From positions 6,331,658 through 6,395,657 of the forward strand of contig OZ252099.1 in the NCBI GenBank assembly GCA_965248305.1: a stretch of 64,000 nt of DNA, read 5' to 3'. Each line of letters opens with the position of its first letter. Within the stretch, counting starts at the first letter, position 1. Origin of the DNA: Bryobacterales bacterium (GTDB lineage: Bacteria; Acidobacteriota; Terriglobia; Bryobacterales; UBA6623). This document shows, piece after piece, positions 37,748-47,209 of this stretch. The notes beneath the pieces were generated by a model. It searched no databases. It was not told where the DNA came from and saw nothing but the letters and a program-made list of their open reading frames with translations. Position numbers and translations under genes: made by a program.

Positions 37748-38470
37748 TCACCGAAGTGCCCTGACGAATTCCGCCGCGCGCTCAGCGAATTCCGGAATCA
37801 CCCACCGCGGCGGGCTACGCTGGATACTCGTGTGGCCACCGAAATCCCCGAACACCTGCTGCATCTCCGGCGAGAGTCTGTGCAAGAAGCCGCCGCTCCT
37901 GTTCTTGCCAACCGAGCTAATGCGCCGGGCCTGCTGCAGCAGCCTGCTTCCGGTAGCACCCTTCACTAGAACCAAACGACCCTTTTGATCTTCGAAGACG
38001 GCCCGGTGCCTGACATGAAAGTTGTTCCCGAACATTTCGGTCAGCTCTGCATGGCTGAACGACTCTGCCAAGCCGGCATTGGCGACCTGGAAGTATCCGA
38101 CGATGTACAGAGCTGGTGCGCAATCAAAGTCCCAACCTTGGAGACCGGCATAGAACACCAGTAGGCTGCCCTCGTCGAGCCGTCTCAGAGAATTCTTGGG
38201 GCGGGTTGGATCGCCGTACGTGAACGTCTCAAACTCTGGATCGAAGTGGACGGATTGGTCGTCCATCTTCGTACGACGGCTCTTCGGAAAGTACCCAACC
38301 AACCGCTGCCCCTTTCGAGACAACGTGTTTCCATATGTTCGTTCGTCAACACCCCGACCGCCGAAGTGGTCCGGGATTGGAATGTACTCGAATGAACCGT
38401 CGCGGAATAGCGGGCCATGAATGCCCCCAGACCCAGTGTCTATCCCGACTCTCAGCAAGACTACATGCAT
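37748..38470 (-). CDS. Hypothetical protein (240 aa); N-terminus reminiscent of Nmad3-type predicted nucleotide-modification proteins (unverified)
   Basis: From the ATG at 38470: MHVVLLRVGIDTGSGGIHGPLFRDGSFEYIPIPD..LLVFYAGLQGW..ALYIVGYFQV..FHVRHRAVFEDQKGRLVLVKG. 10-nt overlap with the upstream ORF. GC is lower than the flanks. Confidence 0.6.
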   Translation of the reverse strand: MHVVLLRVGIDTGSGGIHGPLFRDGSFEYIPIPDHFGGRGVDERTYGNTLSRKGQRLVGYFPKSRRTKMDDQSVHFDPEFETFTYGDPTRPKNSLRRLDEGSLLVFYAGLQGWDFDCAPALYIVGYFQVANAGLAESFSHAELTEMFGNNFHVRHRAVFEDQKGRLVLVKGATGSRLLQQARRISSVGKNRSGGFLHRLSPEMQQVFGDFGGHTSIQRSPPRWVIPEFAERAAEFVRALR

Positions 38471-38985
38471 CGTTTGACAGGCGGTGCCGCAGGATCGCAC
38501 CGGGTGTGTCCCTGCCGCTGGGGCGGCAGGCGAGGATGACATCCGCTCGACGGGTGCGGCGCGCCTTGATACCGGCATTCAGCGAACCTCGAAGGCGGAC
38601 ACTCCTTATATCGCCGTACGAGCTCGTCAACCTCGCATTGAACCTCGAGCGGCAGGGAGTCCGACTTCCGTGCCCGAACCATGTGCGTCGCAAGGAGCGG
38701 CGCACATTCGCCGAGTAGCGGTCCCTGATCGTCCATAAGACAAAAGTGGTCGAACGTCACGTGTGGTCCGCGGTAGCCCGGTGACCGGTGCTTATGCGGC
38801 CGGATTCCTACCCACGTGAGCCGACCAGCGATCCCCTCCGAGCCCCGATCCGGGCGATCCACGCCGACACCCAGCACGGCATCGTAGTGCCAGGAACGGT
38901 CTTGTCCCATGCAGTCATTCACGCCGAAGATCCCGCACTGGCAAGGATCACCAACATGCGTTCGACGATAGATGAACACTCTCAA
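38461..38985 (-). CDS. Hypothetical protein (174 aa) with Cys/His-rich tail
   Basis: TTG at 38985 with AAGAGGG 7 nt upstream. (M)RVFIYRRTHVGDPCQCGIFGVNDCMGQDRSWHYDAVLGVGVDRP..GIAGRLTWVGIRPHK..GPHVTFDHFCL.. No family recognised. Confidence 0.55.
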   Translation of the reverse strand: MRVFIYRRTHVGDPCQCGIFGVNDCMGQDRSWHYDAVLGVGVDRPDRGSEGIAGRLTWVGIRPHKHRSPGYRGPHVTFDHFCLMDDQGPLLGECAPLLATHMVRARKSDSLPLEVQCEVDELVRRYKECPPSRFAECRYQGAPHPSSGCHPRLPPQRQGHTRCDPAAPPVKRCM

Positions 38986-39487
38986 CGTGCAGCCCTCTTA
39001 AACGTGCCGAGCAGTCTATCACCCTGGCTCGAAACGGTCATGTGTGCACGGCTTGGGAGATGCGCACACCTCGCGCTACCGAGGCGCTGCCGCATCCTGG
39101 CCGCCGGCAACCTGGAGAATTCGATCGGACGGTCGCCGAGGCGACCGACTGCTCTGGCGCGGTCTGTTCGTCGGCCGCGGGAGGTCGCCTGCTGCAGACC
39201 ACCCACTCCATCATCTGCAATGAGCACCCCCCACTGGGCGCCTACGGTCATCGGGAGGCGACCCCGGTACGAGCAACCAAGATCAGCTCATCCGCCGAGG
39301 GCTTCCGTAGTTCAGCAGAATCCCGCTCAGCAAGACGGATCGAACGCGAGAATCATGGTTGTCGAAAAATGCATAAGGCGTTGACTATGAATAACTTGCA
39401 AGAACAGGGCGACTAACAGCACCGTAATCACGCTCGGAACCACGCTCGGCGAGACAGCCAGTTGGGTATACTCGCTGGACGATCAAG

Positions 39488-40867
39488 ATGCAGACCGAAC
39501 ACGCGCCGCGGCAAGACTCTGGAGATGGCCTGATCCGCGGTCTGGGCCTGAAGGAAGCCGTGTCGGCCAATGTGGTCGAGATGCTGGGCATCGGACCCTT
39601 CATCACCATTCCGATTCTGATTGCGGCCATGGGCGGGCCGCACGCCATGCTGGGATGGCTGCTGGGGGCGGCGCTGGCCGTCTGCGACGGCTTGGTGTGG
39701 GCCGAGCTGGGGGCCGCGATGCCGGGAGCGGGCGGCTCCTACATCTACCTCAGGGAGGCTTACGGCCCTCAGCAGATGGGGCGCTTGATGTCGTTCCTGT
39801 TCGTCTGGATGATCTTCTTCACCGCCCCGCTCTCGGTGGCGACGGGGGCCGTCGGGTTCGCGCAGTACGTGCAATATTTGGGGCCCGAGATTTCTCCTCT
39901 GGCCACCCAGTTCATCGCGGTGGGTCTTTGCCTGCTGATCACCTTCGCGCTTTACCGCGGGATTCGCGCGATCGGACGGCTGTCCTTTGTTCTCATGCTC
40001 GTCGCGGTCGGCACCATTCTGTGGGTGATTGTCTCGGGGCTTCCCAACATCCGCTCCGAGCTGCTCTTCGATATTCCCGAGGGATCCTTCGGTTGGTCGT
40101 GGGAGTTTGTTTCGGGCCTAGGGGGCGCCGCACTGATTGGTATCTACGGGTACGGCGGTTACAACAACATCTGCTTCCTCGGGGGAGAGGTGCGCAACCC
40201 AAGTCGGAACATCCCCTTCGCCGTCATCGCCTCCATCGCCCTCGTGGCGCTGCTGTACATCTTCCTAAACACCACGATTCTGGGCGTCGTGCCTTGGCGC
40301 GAAGTGATGGCCTCGCAACACGTGGTGTCCGACTTCATGGAAATTGTGTACGGACCGTGGGCGGCCCAGGTCTTGACCTATCTGGTCTTGGGTGCATCGG
40401 CCGCATCAGTGTTCGCCTTGCTGCTCGGCTATTCGCGCATCCCCTATGCCGCCGCCAAGGATGGGCGCTTCTTCGCTGTCTTCGGCAAGCTGCATCCGAC
40501 CAAGCGATTCCCCCACGTATCGCTAGTGACGCTGGGGCTGGCCTCGACGGTGTTTTGCTTCTTCGATCTGGGAAACATCATCCAGGCGCTGATCGTGATT
40601 CAGATCATCATCCAAGTGCTGGGGCAGATCCTCGCCGTGACCCTGATTCGAAAGTACCGGCCCGATATCCGCCGGCCATTCCAGATGTGGGGGTACCCGA
40701 TCCCCAGTCTGGTGGCCATGATCCTCTGGCTCCTCGTGCTGGTTTCGACCGGGGCCACCATCGTCGGGCTGGGGCTGCTGGTGCTGGCGTTTGGCATCGG
40801 CCTCTACATGCTCAGGGCTCGCTTGGCCGGGGAGTGGCCGTTTGGTCAGCCGGTTGCTGAATCGTAA
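39488..40867 (+). CDS. APC-superfamily amino-acid permease
   Basis: 459 aa and about 12 TM helices. ..GIGPFITIPILIAAMGGPHAMLGWLLGAALAVCDGLVWAELGAAMPGAGGSYIYL.. is typical of the APC family. Confidence 0.9.
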   Translation: MQTEHAPRQDSGDGLIRGLGLKEAVSANVVEMLGIGPFITIPILIAAMGGPHAMLGWLLGAALAVCDGLVWAELGAAMPGAGGSYIYLREAYGPQQMGRLMSFLFVWMIFFTAPLSVATGAVGFAQYVQYLGPEISPLATQFIAVGLCLLITFALYRGIRAIGRLSFVLMLVAVGTILWVIVSGLPNIRSELLFDIPEGSFGWSWEFVSGLGGAALIGIYGYGGYNNICFLGGEVRNPSRNIPFAVIASIALVALLYIFLNTTILGVVPWREVMASQHVVSDFMEIVYGPWAAQVLTYLVLGASAASVFALLLGYSRIPYAAAKDGRFFAVFGKLHPTKRFPHVSLVTLGLASTVFCFFDLGNIIQALIVIQIIIQVLGQILAVTLIRKYRPDIRRPFQMWGYPIPSLVAMILWLLVLVSTGATIVGLGLLVLAFGIGLYMLRARLAGEWPFGQPVAES

Positions 40868-42623
40868 TCTGCTGCCCGGGCGCGACCCCTTCCAGGACCG
40901 ACATTTGGCCGCCCGGCCAACGAACCTCCACCGAGTCCGCCCGCGCACTGGCACCGATTCCGAAATGGAGCACTAGGTCGCTTTGAGAAAGATAGCTGCC
41001 GCCGCTGCGAACCTCCCGCAACTGGACGAGATCTCCGGTCCGGACCCTGACTTGCGCCCCTAGGGCGAGACGATTGGCCCCGGCACCGACCAAGCGGACT
41101 CCGAGGTGCTGATTCTGGTCGGCAGTTTGATTCCAGAAGAGCGCCGGGCCGGAATCGATGTTACTGAGGACTAGGTCCAACCTCCCATCGCCGTCGAAAT
41201 CGGCAGTGGCCGCTCCGCGGCTGGATTGTTCGTGATCGATAGCCAGCAGGCCCGGCTGTTCTTGAAACCGGCCATTGCGCAAGTTGCGAAAGAGCTGGCT
41301 CGCCTGGCGGTAGGGAGCCACGGACGAAGGCTGGATCTGATCGACGTTGGGAAAGACATGTCCGTTGGCGACGAAAATGTCCAGCCAGCCATCGTTGTCA
41401 AAATCCAAGAAGACCGTCCCCCAGCCAACGAACGGGAGCGTGGGGCGGTCCAACCCAGCCCGGGAGGTGATATCCGAGAAGTTGAGGTGACCCTCGTTGC
41501 GGTAGAGCGTGTTGTAGTCTTCGGAAAAGTGCGTGACGTACAGCGAGAGACGACCCTGATTTAGAAAATCCCCGGCTGCGACGCCCATTCCGGCCTGTTC
41601 GACCCCGTGGGCGTTGAAGGCCACGCCCGAAAGCAGTCCGATCTCTTCGAATCGCGCGCCGCCGAGGTTCTTATAGAGCAGGTTGGGGGTCGCGTCGTTT
41701 GCGACAAAAAGATCCGGCAGGCCGTCGTCGTCAAGGTTCGCGAACAGCGCCCCCAGCCCGAAGTGCGCCTGCGGGTCGGCCAGTCCGCTGGCACGGGATT
41801 GGTCTTCAAAGGTGCCGTCCCCCCGATTGAGAAAGAACGAGTCACCGGCACCCTTGAGCCCGCGCGGGCCGCACATCACGGAGAGCCCCAGATACTTGCA
41901 GCCCAAGCCTGACCGTCCCATCGAACCGTAGGCCGGACTGCCGGGTTCGGGCAGATTGCTCGGATCCAGCTCGATGTAGTTGGCCACGAACAGATCCAGA
42001 TCCCCGTCGAGATCGACATCAGACCATGCAGAACCGGTCGACCAGCGGGAGTCATCCACGCCTGCTTTCCCGGTGACATCCTCGAAGGTTCCAAGGCCTT
42101 GGTTGCGCAGCAGTTGGTTGGGGCCGTACGCAGTGATGTAGAGGTCGGGAAGCCCATCCGCGTCGTAATCAGTGACCGAGCAGCCCATGCCCCAATGTCC
42201 GTTTCCACCCGCGCCCGCCGCCTGCGTGACCTCCTCGAAGGATCGGCTGCCCAGATTGCGGAACAGCGCGTGCCGCAAGCTTGAGGGGGCGCTCTCTTGG
42301 AAGTCTTCCAGGCGCCCTCCGTTTACGAAGAAGAGGTCCGGACGGTTATCTGAATCGAAGTCGATGACGCACACGCCGGCGGAACTCGCTTCAACGATGT
42401 AGCGCTTGCGGTCATCACCGCTAGTCAAATGGAATCCGCTCAGGCCGGCAGCATCCGCCGACTCGTCGAAGCGCGGCTGCGACCAACCATGGCTCAGCGA
42501 CGAAGGCATGGAATGCGCCATCAGCCCGACAAGGACAAGCGGGAAGAGCCAGCGCCAGCGACGCAGGGCAGCCACTACCGCCGACGTAGCCAGCGCAAGC
42601 ATGTCCAGCCGTTCTCGATGCAT
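40812..42623 (-). CDS. CRTAC1-family FG-GAP/VCBS repeat protein with ASPIC-UnbV C-terminal domain
   Basis: Repeated D-x-D-x-DG-x-xDL/I-FVxN motifs (DYDADGLPDLYITAYG, DVDLDGDLDLFVANY, NLDDDGLPDLFVAND, DFDNDGWLDIFVANG, DFDGDGRLDLVLSN). The C-terminus ..REVRSGGSYLSQSDLVLHFGIG.. is the ASPIC/UnbV pattern. The start is uncertain (42623 or 42602). Confidence 0.85.
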   Translation of the reverse strand: MHRERLDMLALATSAVVAALRRWRWLFPLVLVGLMAHSMPSSLSHGWSQPRFDESADAAGLSGFHLTSGDDRKRYIVEASSAGVCVIDFDSDNRPDLFFVNGGRLEDFQESAPSSLRHALFRNLGSRSFEEVTQAAGAGGNGHWGMGCSVTDYDADGLPDLYITAYGPNQLLRNQGLGTFEDVTGKAGVDDSRWSTGSAWSDVDLDGDLDLFVANYIELDPSNLPEPGSPAYGSMGRSGLGCKYLGLSVMCGPRGLKGAGDSFFLNRGDGTFEDQSRASGLADPQAHFGLGALFANLDDDGLPDLFVANDATPNLLYKNLGGARFEEIGLLSGVAFNAHGVEQAGMGVAAGDFLNQGRLSLYVTHFSEDYNTLYRNEGHLNFSDITSRAGLDRPTLPFVGWGTVFLDFDNDGWLDIFVANGHVFPNVDQIQPSSVAPYRQASQLFRNLRNGRFQEQPGLLAIDHEQSSRGAATADFDGDGRLDLVLSNIDSGPALFWNQTADQNQHLGVRLVGAGANRLALGAQVRVRTGDLVQLREVRSGGSYLSQSDLVLHFGIGASARADSVEVRWPGGQMSVLEGVAPGQQITIQQPADQTATPRPSEP

Positions 42624-42952
42624 CCACTCGGCGTCTCGTTCACCCGGGGACCGCCGGATTCGCAGGCCGGCTGCTGTGCCGAAGGGAGACACCACGTCTT
42701 GGTCAACTGGCCGGCAACCCCTGGGCCGACCGGGGACGCGACCGGGTTCAGTATAGGTCGCCGACGACGCGGGGCCTACAGATATACCTGCCGGAAGAGC
42801 GTGACGATCTGTACCGGTTCGAATCGGCAAGGACCGAATGGTCGAAGGCCTCGCTGATACGCGAGGATCTACTGCAAGCCCTGATTAGGTCTATTGCTAG
42901 CGGCTTTATCGATTCCTTGGAGAGATCCTCGATGGCTTAGACTGATTCCGGT

Positions 42953-44737
42953 ATGGCTCGTACCGTGGACGGCAGCCAGATGATGGCGTCCCGCAGACTT
43001 GGCTGGACGTCCCGGGCCTTTCGTGCCGTCCAGGCTTGCTCTCTCGGGCTAGTCTTGCTCGGTATTTACCAGCCGCTACCCGGGACTCCGGATGCCCGAG
43101 TCCCGGCCGAGGCTGCCCCCGAATTCGACCGCGCCCTCGGCCACTTTCGTGCCGGCAGCTACGAGGCAGCCCTCCTAGTCATGGAGCCGCTCGGCCGCCA
43201 GCATCCGGAGGTCGCCGAGGTCCAGCACTTGCTGGCGATCATTCTCGATCTCAGCGGGAGGCCGGAAGCGGCCAACCAGCACTTCGAGCGGGCCGTGGAG
43301 TTACAGCCCGAATCGGTCGCTCTCCGGACCAATTTCGGCGCCAACCTGATGCGCATTGGGCAAGCTTCGGAGGCTGCTGAGCAATTCCGCGAAGCTCTGG
43401 AATTGGAGCCAAATCACCCGACGGCGAGCTTCAACCTAGGCACCATTCTGTTGCAACAGGGCGATTTCGAGCGGGCCCTCCCCCCGCTGGAGAAGGCGTT
43501 TGAGATTCAGCCGGATGTCTATCAGAACGCCTACCAGCTCGCCTATTGCCGATTCTTGCTGGGCAAGTACGAGGCGGCTGACTCGATCTTGACTCAGCTG
43601 GCGGGCACAGCGGACTCGCGGGCGGAGCTGCGGCTGTTGAGGTCGCTCACCGAGCGCGCGCTGGGACGTGCCGACCGAACGCTGGAAGTATTGCAAGAGA
43701 TCAGGCCGTTGCTGAATGGTCAGCCGCAGCTGCAATTTCAGGTGGCAATGCTGCTGCTGAGTCAGGATCTGCTCGAACCCGCCGAAGAGCTGCTCCGGCT
43801 GGTGACACAACAGCTGCCGGCATCGTATCGGGCCCGGTTCAACCTAGCGCTGGCTCAAGAGGGACTGGGCCGGCTGCCGGAAGCGACTATGACCGCAAAG
43901 GCTGCCCTCACCCTAGAAGAGACCGCGGACGTTCACCTCCTGCTGGCCGATCTGATGGAGTCGCAGGGGAATTCGCTCGAAGCAGTGGAGCACTATCAGC
44001 AAGCGGTGAGGCTTGACCCCACCCCCGCCAACTACTTTGCGCTAGGTCTTGAGTTTCTGACTCACTGGAACTGGGAAGCTGCGGCCCAAGTCTTTGCAGC
44101 GGGTCTCGAGCGCCAACCGGACTCTTGGCATCTCTGGGTGGGCTCGGGCTCGGCCGCGCTCGGTCTGACGCAATATGACGAGGCGACGCAAGCCTTCTTG
44201 AAGGCTGTTAGCTTGAGGCCTGCGGCACTGATGGGCTATCAACTGCTCGCCCAGTCGTTCGACAGGTCAGACGAGGCCTTTGATAACGCCGTGCGCTGCT
44301 TTCGGGAACTGCTCGACCGAGACGCCGCGAATCCGTGGGCGCGCTATTTCGAGGCATTGGCTACCTTCCGCCAGGCTGCCCGGTCAGGAGACTCAAGTCA
44401 GATAGCGGCCCGGGTCGAAGCGGTAGAGCAGCTCACCCGAGAAAGCTCCGCCTTTCTCGAAGCGCAACTGTTGCTGAGCGAGATCCAATTCGAGCTCCAG
44501 AACTGGGCCGCCGCGGCGACGGCGCTTCGGCAAGCTGTCCAGCTCGACCCGAATCACGTGCTGTCCCACTATCGGCTAGGGCTCGCATTGCAGAGGTTGG
44601 GCCAGTCAGAGGACGCTCAAGAGATGCTCCAGCGCTACCAGATGCTCAAAGCGCGGGAGGACCAGACGGTCGGAGACAGGATTGCAGCCACCACGCGGTT
44701 CATCGTTGAGCTAAGGCAAGATGACGATTTCCGGTAA
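42953..44737 (+). CDS. Tetratricopeptide (TPR) repeat protein
   Basis: 594 aa. N-terminal hydrophobic segment, then many 34-residue A/L/Y-rich repeats (..YEAALLVMEPL.., ..AEQFREALELEPNHP.., ..AVEHYQQAVRLDP..). Confidence 0.8.
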   Translation: MARTVDGSQMMASRRLGWTSRAFRAVQACSLGLVLLGIYQPLPGTPDARVPAEAAPEFDRALGHFRAGSYEAALLVMEPLGRQHPEVAEVQHLLAIILDLSGRPEAANQHFERAVELQPESVALRTNFGANLMRIGQASEAAEQFREALELEPNHPTASFNLGTILLQQGDFERALPPLEKAFEIQPDVYQNAYQLAYCRFLLGKYEAADSILTQLAGTADSRAELRLLRSLTERALGRADRTLEVLQEIRPLLNGQPQLQFQVAMLLLSQDLLEPAEELLRLVTQQLPASYRARFNLALAQEGLGRLPEATMTAKAALTLEETADVHLLLADLMESQGNSLEAVEHYQQAVRLDPTPANYFALGLEFLTHWNWEAAAQVFAAGLERQPDSWHLWVGSGSAALGLTQYDEATQAFLKAVSLRPAALMGYQLLAQSFDRSDEAFDNAVRCFRELLDRDAANPWARYFEALATFRQAARSGDSSQIAARVEAVEQLTRESSAFLEAQLLLSEIQFELQNWAAAATALRQAVQLDPNHVLSHYRLGLALQRLGQSEDAQEMLQRYQMLKAREDQTVGDRIAATTRFIVELRQDDDFR

Positions 44738-45695
44738 CTCGGAAGTGCTGGCCTGCGCGGGCGAGCTTTTCACGGACTTCATCTTTTTCGACCTGCAACG
44801 GCTGCCGGAACTGGGCCAGGAACTCAAGACAGACGACTTTGCCATCTCGCTGGGTGGCGGTGCCGGGATCACCGCGACTGCAGCGGCGCTACTAGGGCGC
44901 GCGACCGAGTTGGTCACGGTTTGGGGCGAGTCCTTGCTCGACGCCCAAACCCGCGAGCGCCTTGACGAGGCGGGCGTGTCTCGCATGTGGTCCGAGATCA
45001 GGCCGAACGAAATGTCCGGCGTCTCGGTGGCGGTCTCCACGCGTGAGGATCGATACTTCCTAACCCACCCCGGCGCCAACCGCAGCGTCGAGGAGCACTT
45101 GCTTCGCGCGGAGACTGTCACGCGCCTGAGCCTCGCCGGCCATGTCCATTTCGCTCTGACGCCCAGCCGCTGGGATCCATTCCGGGAAGCGGTGAGGCGG
45201 ATCCGCGACCAAGGAGTGACCGTGTCATGGGACCTGGGCTGGGATCCCGCGGCCGGCAGTTCCCAAGGCTTCCAAGATTTGTGCCGAGAGCTGGAGGTGC
45301 TCTTTTTCAATGAGCTGGAGGTGCGCAAGTATGCCGGCACCCCTTCCACTCGAGAGGCTCTGGCCAGTTTTTCCCATCCGCACAACACCGTGGTCGTCAA
45401 GCTGGGCGGGGCAGGCGCGATCGCCTCGCACCATGCAGCTGCACCGATTCAAGTGGCGGGAATCGAAGTCGAGGCAGTCGAGAGTACAGGAGCCGGCGAC
45501 GCTTTCAACGGAGGGTTCTTGCATGCCTGGATGCAGGGGCAGACCTTGGAAGAGGCGCTACTGGCCGGAAACATCTGCGGCGGGTTGTCGACCCGTTTGC
45601 CGGGAGGCGTGCGGGCACTGCCGCAGCGAGAGGAATTCGACCAGCAGCTGGAGCGGTTGAGCAGGGCGGGAAGCAAAGCAAGGAGAATCGGATGA
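44721..45695 (+). CDS. PfkB-family carbohydrate kinase
   Basis: ..GGGAGITATAAALLG.. near the N-terminus and ..VESTGAGDAFNGGFLHAW.. (the PfkB signature 2 region). Overlaps its neighbours (17 nt, and an ATGA). Confidence 0.85.
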   Translation: MTISGNSEVLACAGELFTDFIFFDLQRLPELGQELKTDDFAISLGGGAGITATAAALLGRATELVTVWGESLLDAQTRERLDEAGVSRMWSEIRPNEMSGVSVAVSTREDRYFLTHPGANRSVEEHLLRAETVTRLSLAGHVHFALTPSRWDPFREAVRRIRDQGVTVSWDLGWDPAAGSSQGFQDLCRELEVLFFNELEVRKYAGTPSTREALASFSHPHNTVVVKLGGAGAIASHHAAAPIQVAGIEVEAVESTGAGDAFNGGFLHAWMQGQTLEEALLAGNICGGLSTRLPGGVRALPQREEFDQQLERLSRAGSKARRIG

Positions 45696-47062
45696 AGCTA
45701 ACGATCATTGGGGGCGCCGGGGTCCGCGTGCCGCTAGTTACTAATGGCCTGTTTCGGACTGGGTCCACCCTGACCGTGGACGAGCTGTCCCTGTTCGATA
45801 GCGATCCGCAGCGCCGGGAAACCATCGCTCGCATCGCGGCGGCCATGGCGATCAGGGCCGGCGGAACGCTGCGGGTCTCGCAGCCCGCAACACTCGAAGA
45901 GGCGCTGGAAGGGTCGTCGTTCGTGCTGTCAAGCATTCGCGTAGGCGGGCTCGGAGGGCGGGTGCATGACGAGCGCATCGCACTCGAGCATGGAGTGCCT
46001 GGGCAGGAGACTGTCGGGCCCGGCGGGTTTGCGCTAGCCCTGCGCACCATCCCCGTTCTGGTGCAATACGCTCGCAGAGTGGCCGAGCTAGCTCCTCAGG
46101 CCTGGCTGATCAACTTCACGAATCCCGTCGGCATCATGGCCGAGGCATTCATCCGGGAAGGGGTCAGCGACCGGTGCATCGGCGTTTGCGATACGCCCCG
46201 GGAGCAATTTCTGCATATCGCCGAAGCCCTCGGACATTCCCTGGAGACGGCGTCCTTCGACTACCTTGGCCTGAATCACTTGGGCTGGATCCGGTCAGTC
46301 TTCGCAGACGGGCGGGATGTCCTGCCGGACCTGTTGGCATCGGAGGAGGCGCTGGAGCGCGCGTATTCTGCCCCCTTGTTTCCGAAGCCGTTCCTGCGAT
46401 CCCTCGGGTTGCTTCCCACGGAATACCTGTTCTACTATTACTTCCCGCACGAGGCCTACCGCAGGACGGCAGCCTCGGGAAACACCCGCGGCGGCCTGAT
46501 CCAGCAGCTCGAGCAGCGCCTGCTGCAGTCGGTGGCCGAAGCTGGCGGCGATGAAACCAAGACTCTAGAGGCGTACGACCTCTATCTCGCAAGCCGCAAC
46601 GCCTCCTACATGGCGCTCGAAACGGACAAGGCGTTCGACAAGGGGCGGGTTGACGAGGCAAGAGGCCACCTGTACCAAGGCGCGGCCGGCTACGAGCGGA
46701 TCGCTTTGGATGTCATGAGCGCGATCCATAACAACGAACTGCGGGTCATGCCGGTCGACGTGGCCAACCGGGGCGCCATTCAAGACCTCGATTCCGACGC
46801 GGCAGTGGAAGTGCCCTGCGCGATCGACTCCAACGGCGCGCGGCCGCTGGCCGCCGGGCGGCTTCCAGAGCAGGTTCGAAAGCTGCTGCTCCAGGTCAAG
46901 GACTACGAGCGAATCACCGTCGAGGCCGCGCTGCAGGGCTCGCGATCGCTGGCCATTGACGCCCTGACTGTCAATCCGCTGGTCGAGCGCCGCGATTTAG
47001 CCGGGAAGTTGGTGGACGCGTACCAAGCAGCCCACGCCCCTTTGCTGGATTATCTGGCATAG
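45692..47062 (+). CDS. Glycoside hydrolase family 4 (NAD/Mn-dependent 6-phospho-glycosidase-like)
   Basis: MKLTIIGGAGVRVP.. Rossmann start, ..INFTNPVGIMAEAF.., ..IGVCDTP.., ..LGLNHLGW.. are characteristic of GH4. Confidence 0.85.
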   Translation: MKLTIIGGAGVRVPLVTNGLFRTGSTLTVDELSLFDSDPQRRETIARIAAAMAIRAGGTLRVSQPATLEEALEGSSFVLSSIRVGGLGGRVHDERIALEHGVPGQETVGPGGFALALRTIPVLVQYARRVAELAPQAWLINFTNPVGIMAEAFIREGVSDRCIGVCDTPREQFLHIAEALGHSLETASFDYLGLNHLGWIRSVFADGRDVLPDLLASEEALERAYSAPLFPKPFLRSLGLLPTEYLFYYYFPHEAYRRTAASGNTRGGLIQQLEQRLLQSVAEAGGDETKTLEAYDLYLASRNASYMALETDKAFDKGRVDEARGHLYQGAAGYERIALDVMSAIHNNELRVMPVDVANRGAIQDLDSDAAVEVPCAIDSNGARPLAAGRLPEQVRKLLLQVKDYERITVEAALQGSRSLAIDALTVNPLVERRDLAGKLVDAYQAAHAPLLDYLA

Positions 47063-47209
47063 TTCGCCCGCCGGCTGGCCATAAAATGGCCCGTGGAGCG
47101 CAATTCGGGGGTTCTCCTGCCCGCCCGCATGGACTATCCCCGGGTTGGGCCGTACACTGAGGCTTCGATTCGAGCGCCAGTTCGCGCTTGAGGCCTCAAG
47201 GAGGGCAAC

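Noticed and set aside
40812-40867. A 56-bp convergent overlap between the 3' ends of the APC permease and the CRTAC1-family gene. Also, the recD2 and ABC-ATPase stop codons abut as the palindrome TGATCA at 12808-12813.
   Set aside because: Convergent overlaps and abutting stops are common in compact high-GC genomes and need no special explanation. I saw no hairpin or other signal.
42816-42827. GGTTCGAATCGG, resembling a tRNA T-arm/T-loop. I also made a general search for tRNA, rRNA, tmRNA and CRISPR repeats, especially next to the integrase stump at 32.2-32.4 kb.
   Set aside because: The flanking bases cannot form the T-stem (ACCGG versus CGGCA) or an acceptor stem, and the site lies within the upstream extension of the CRTAC1-family ORF beyond its chosen start. 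No regularly spaced direct repeats or other tRNA-like cloverleaf were seen anywhere.
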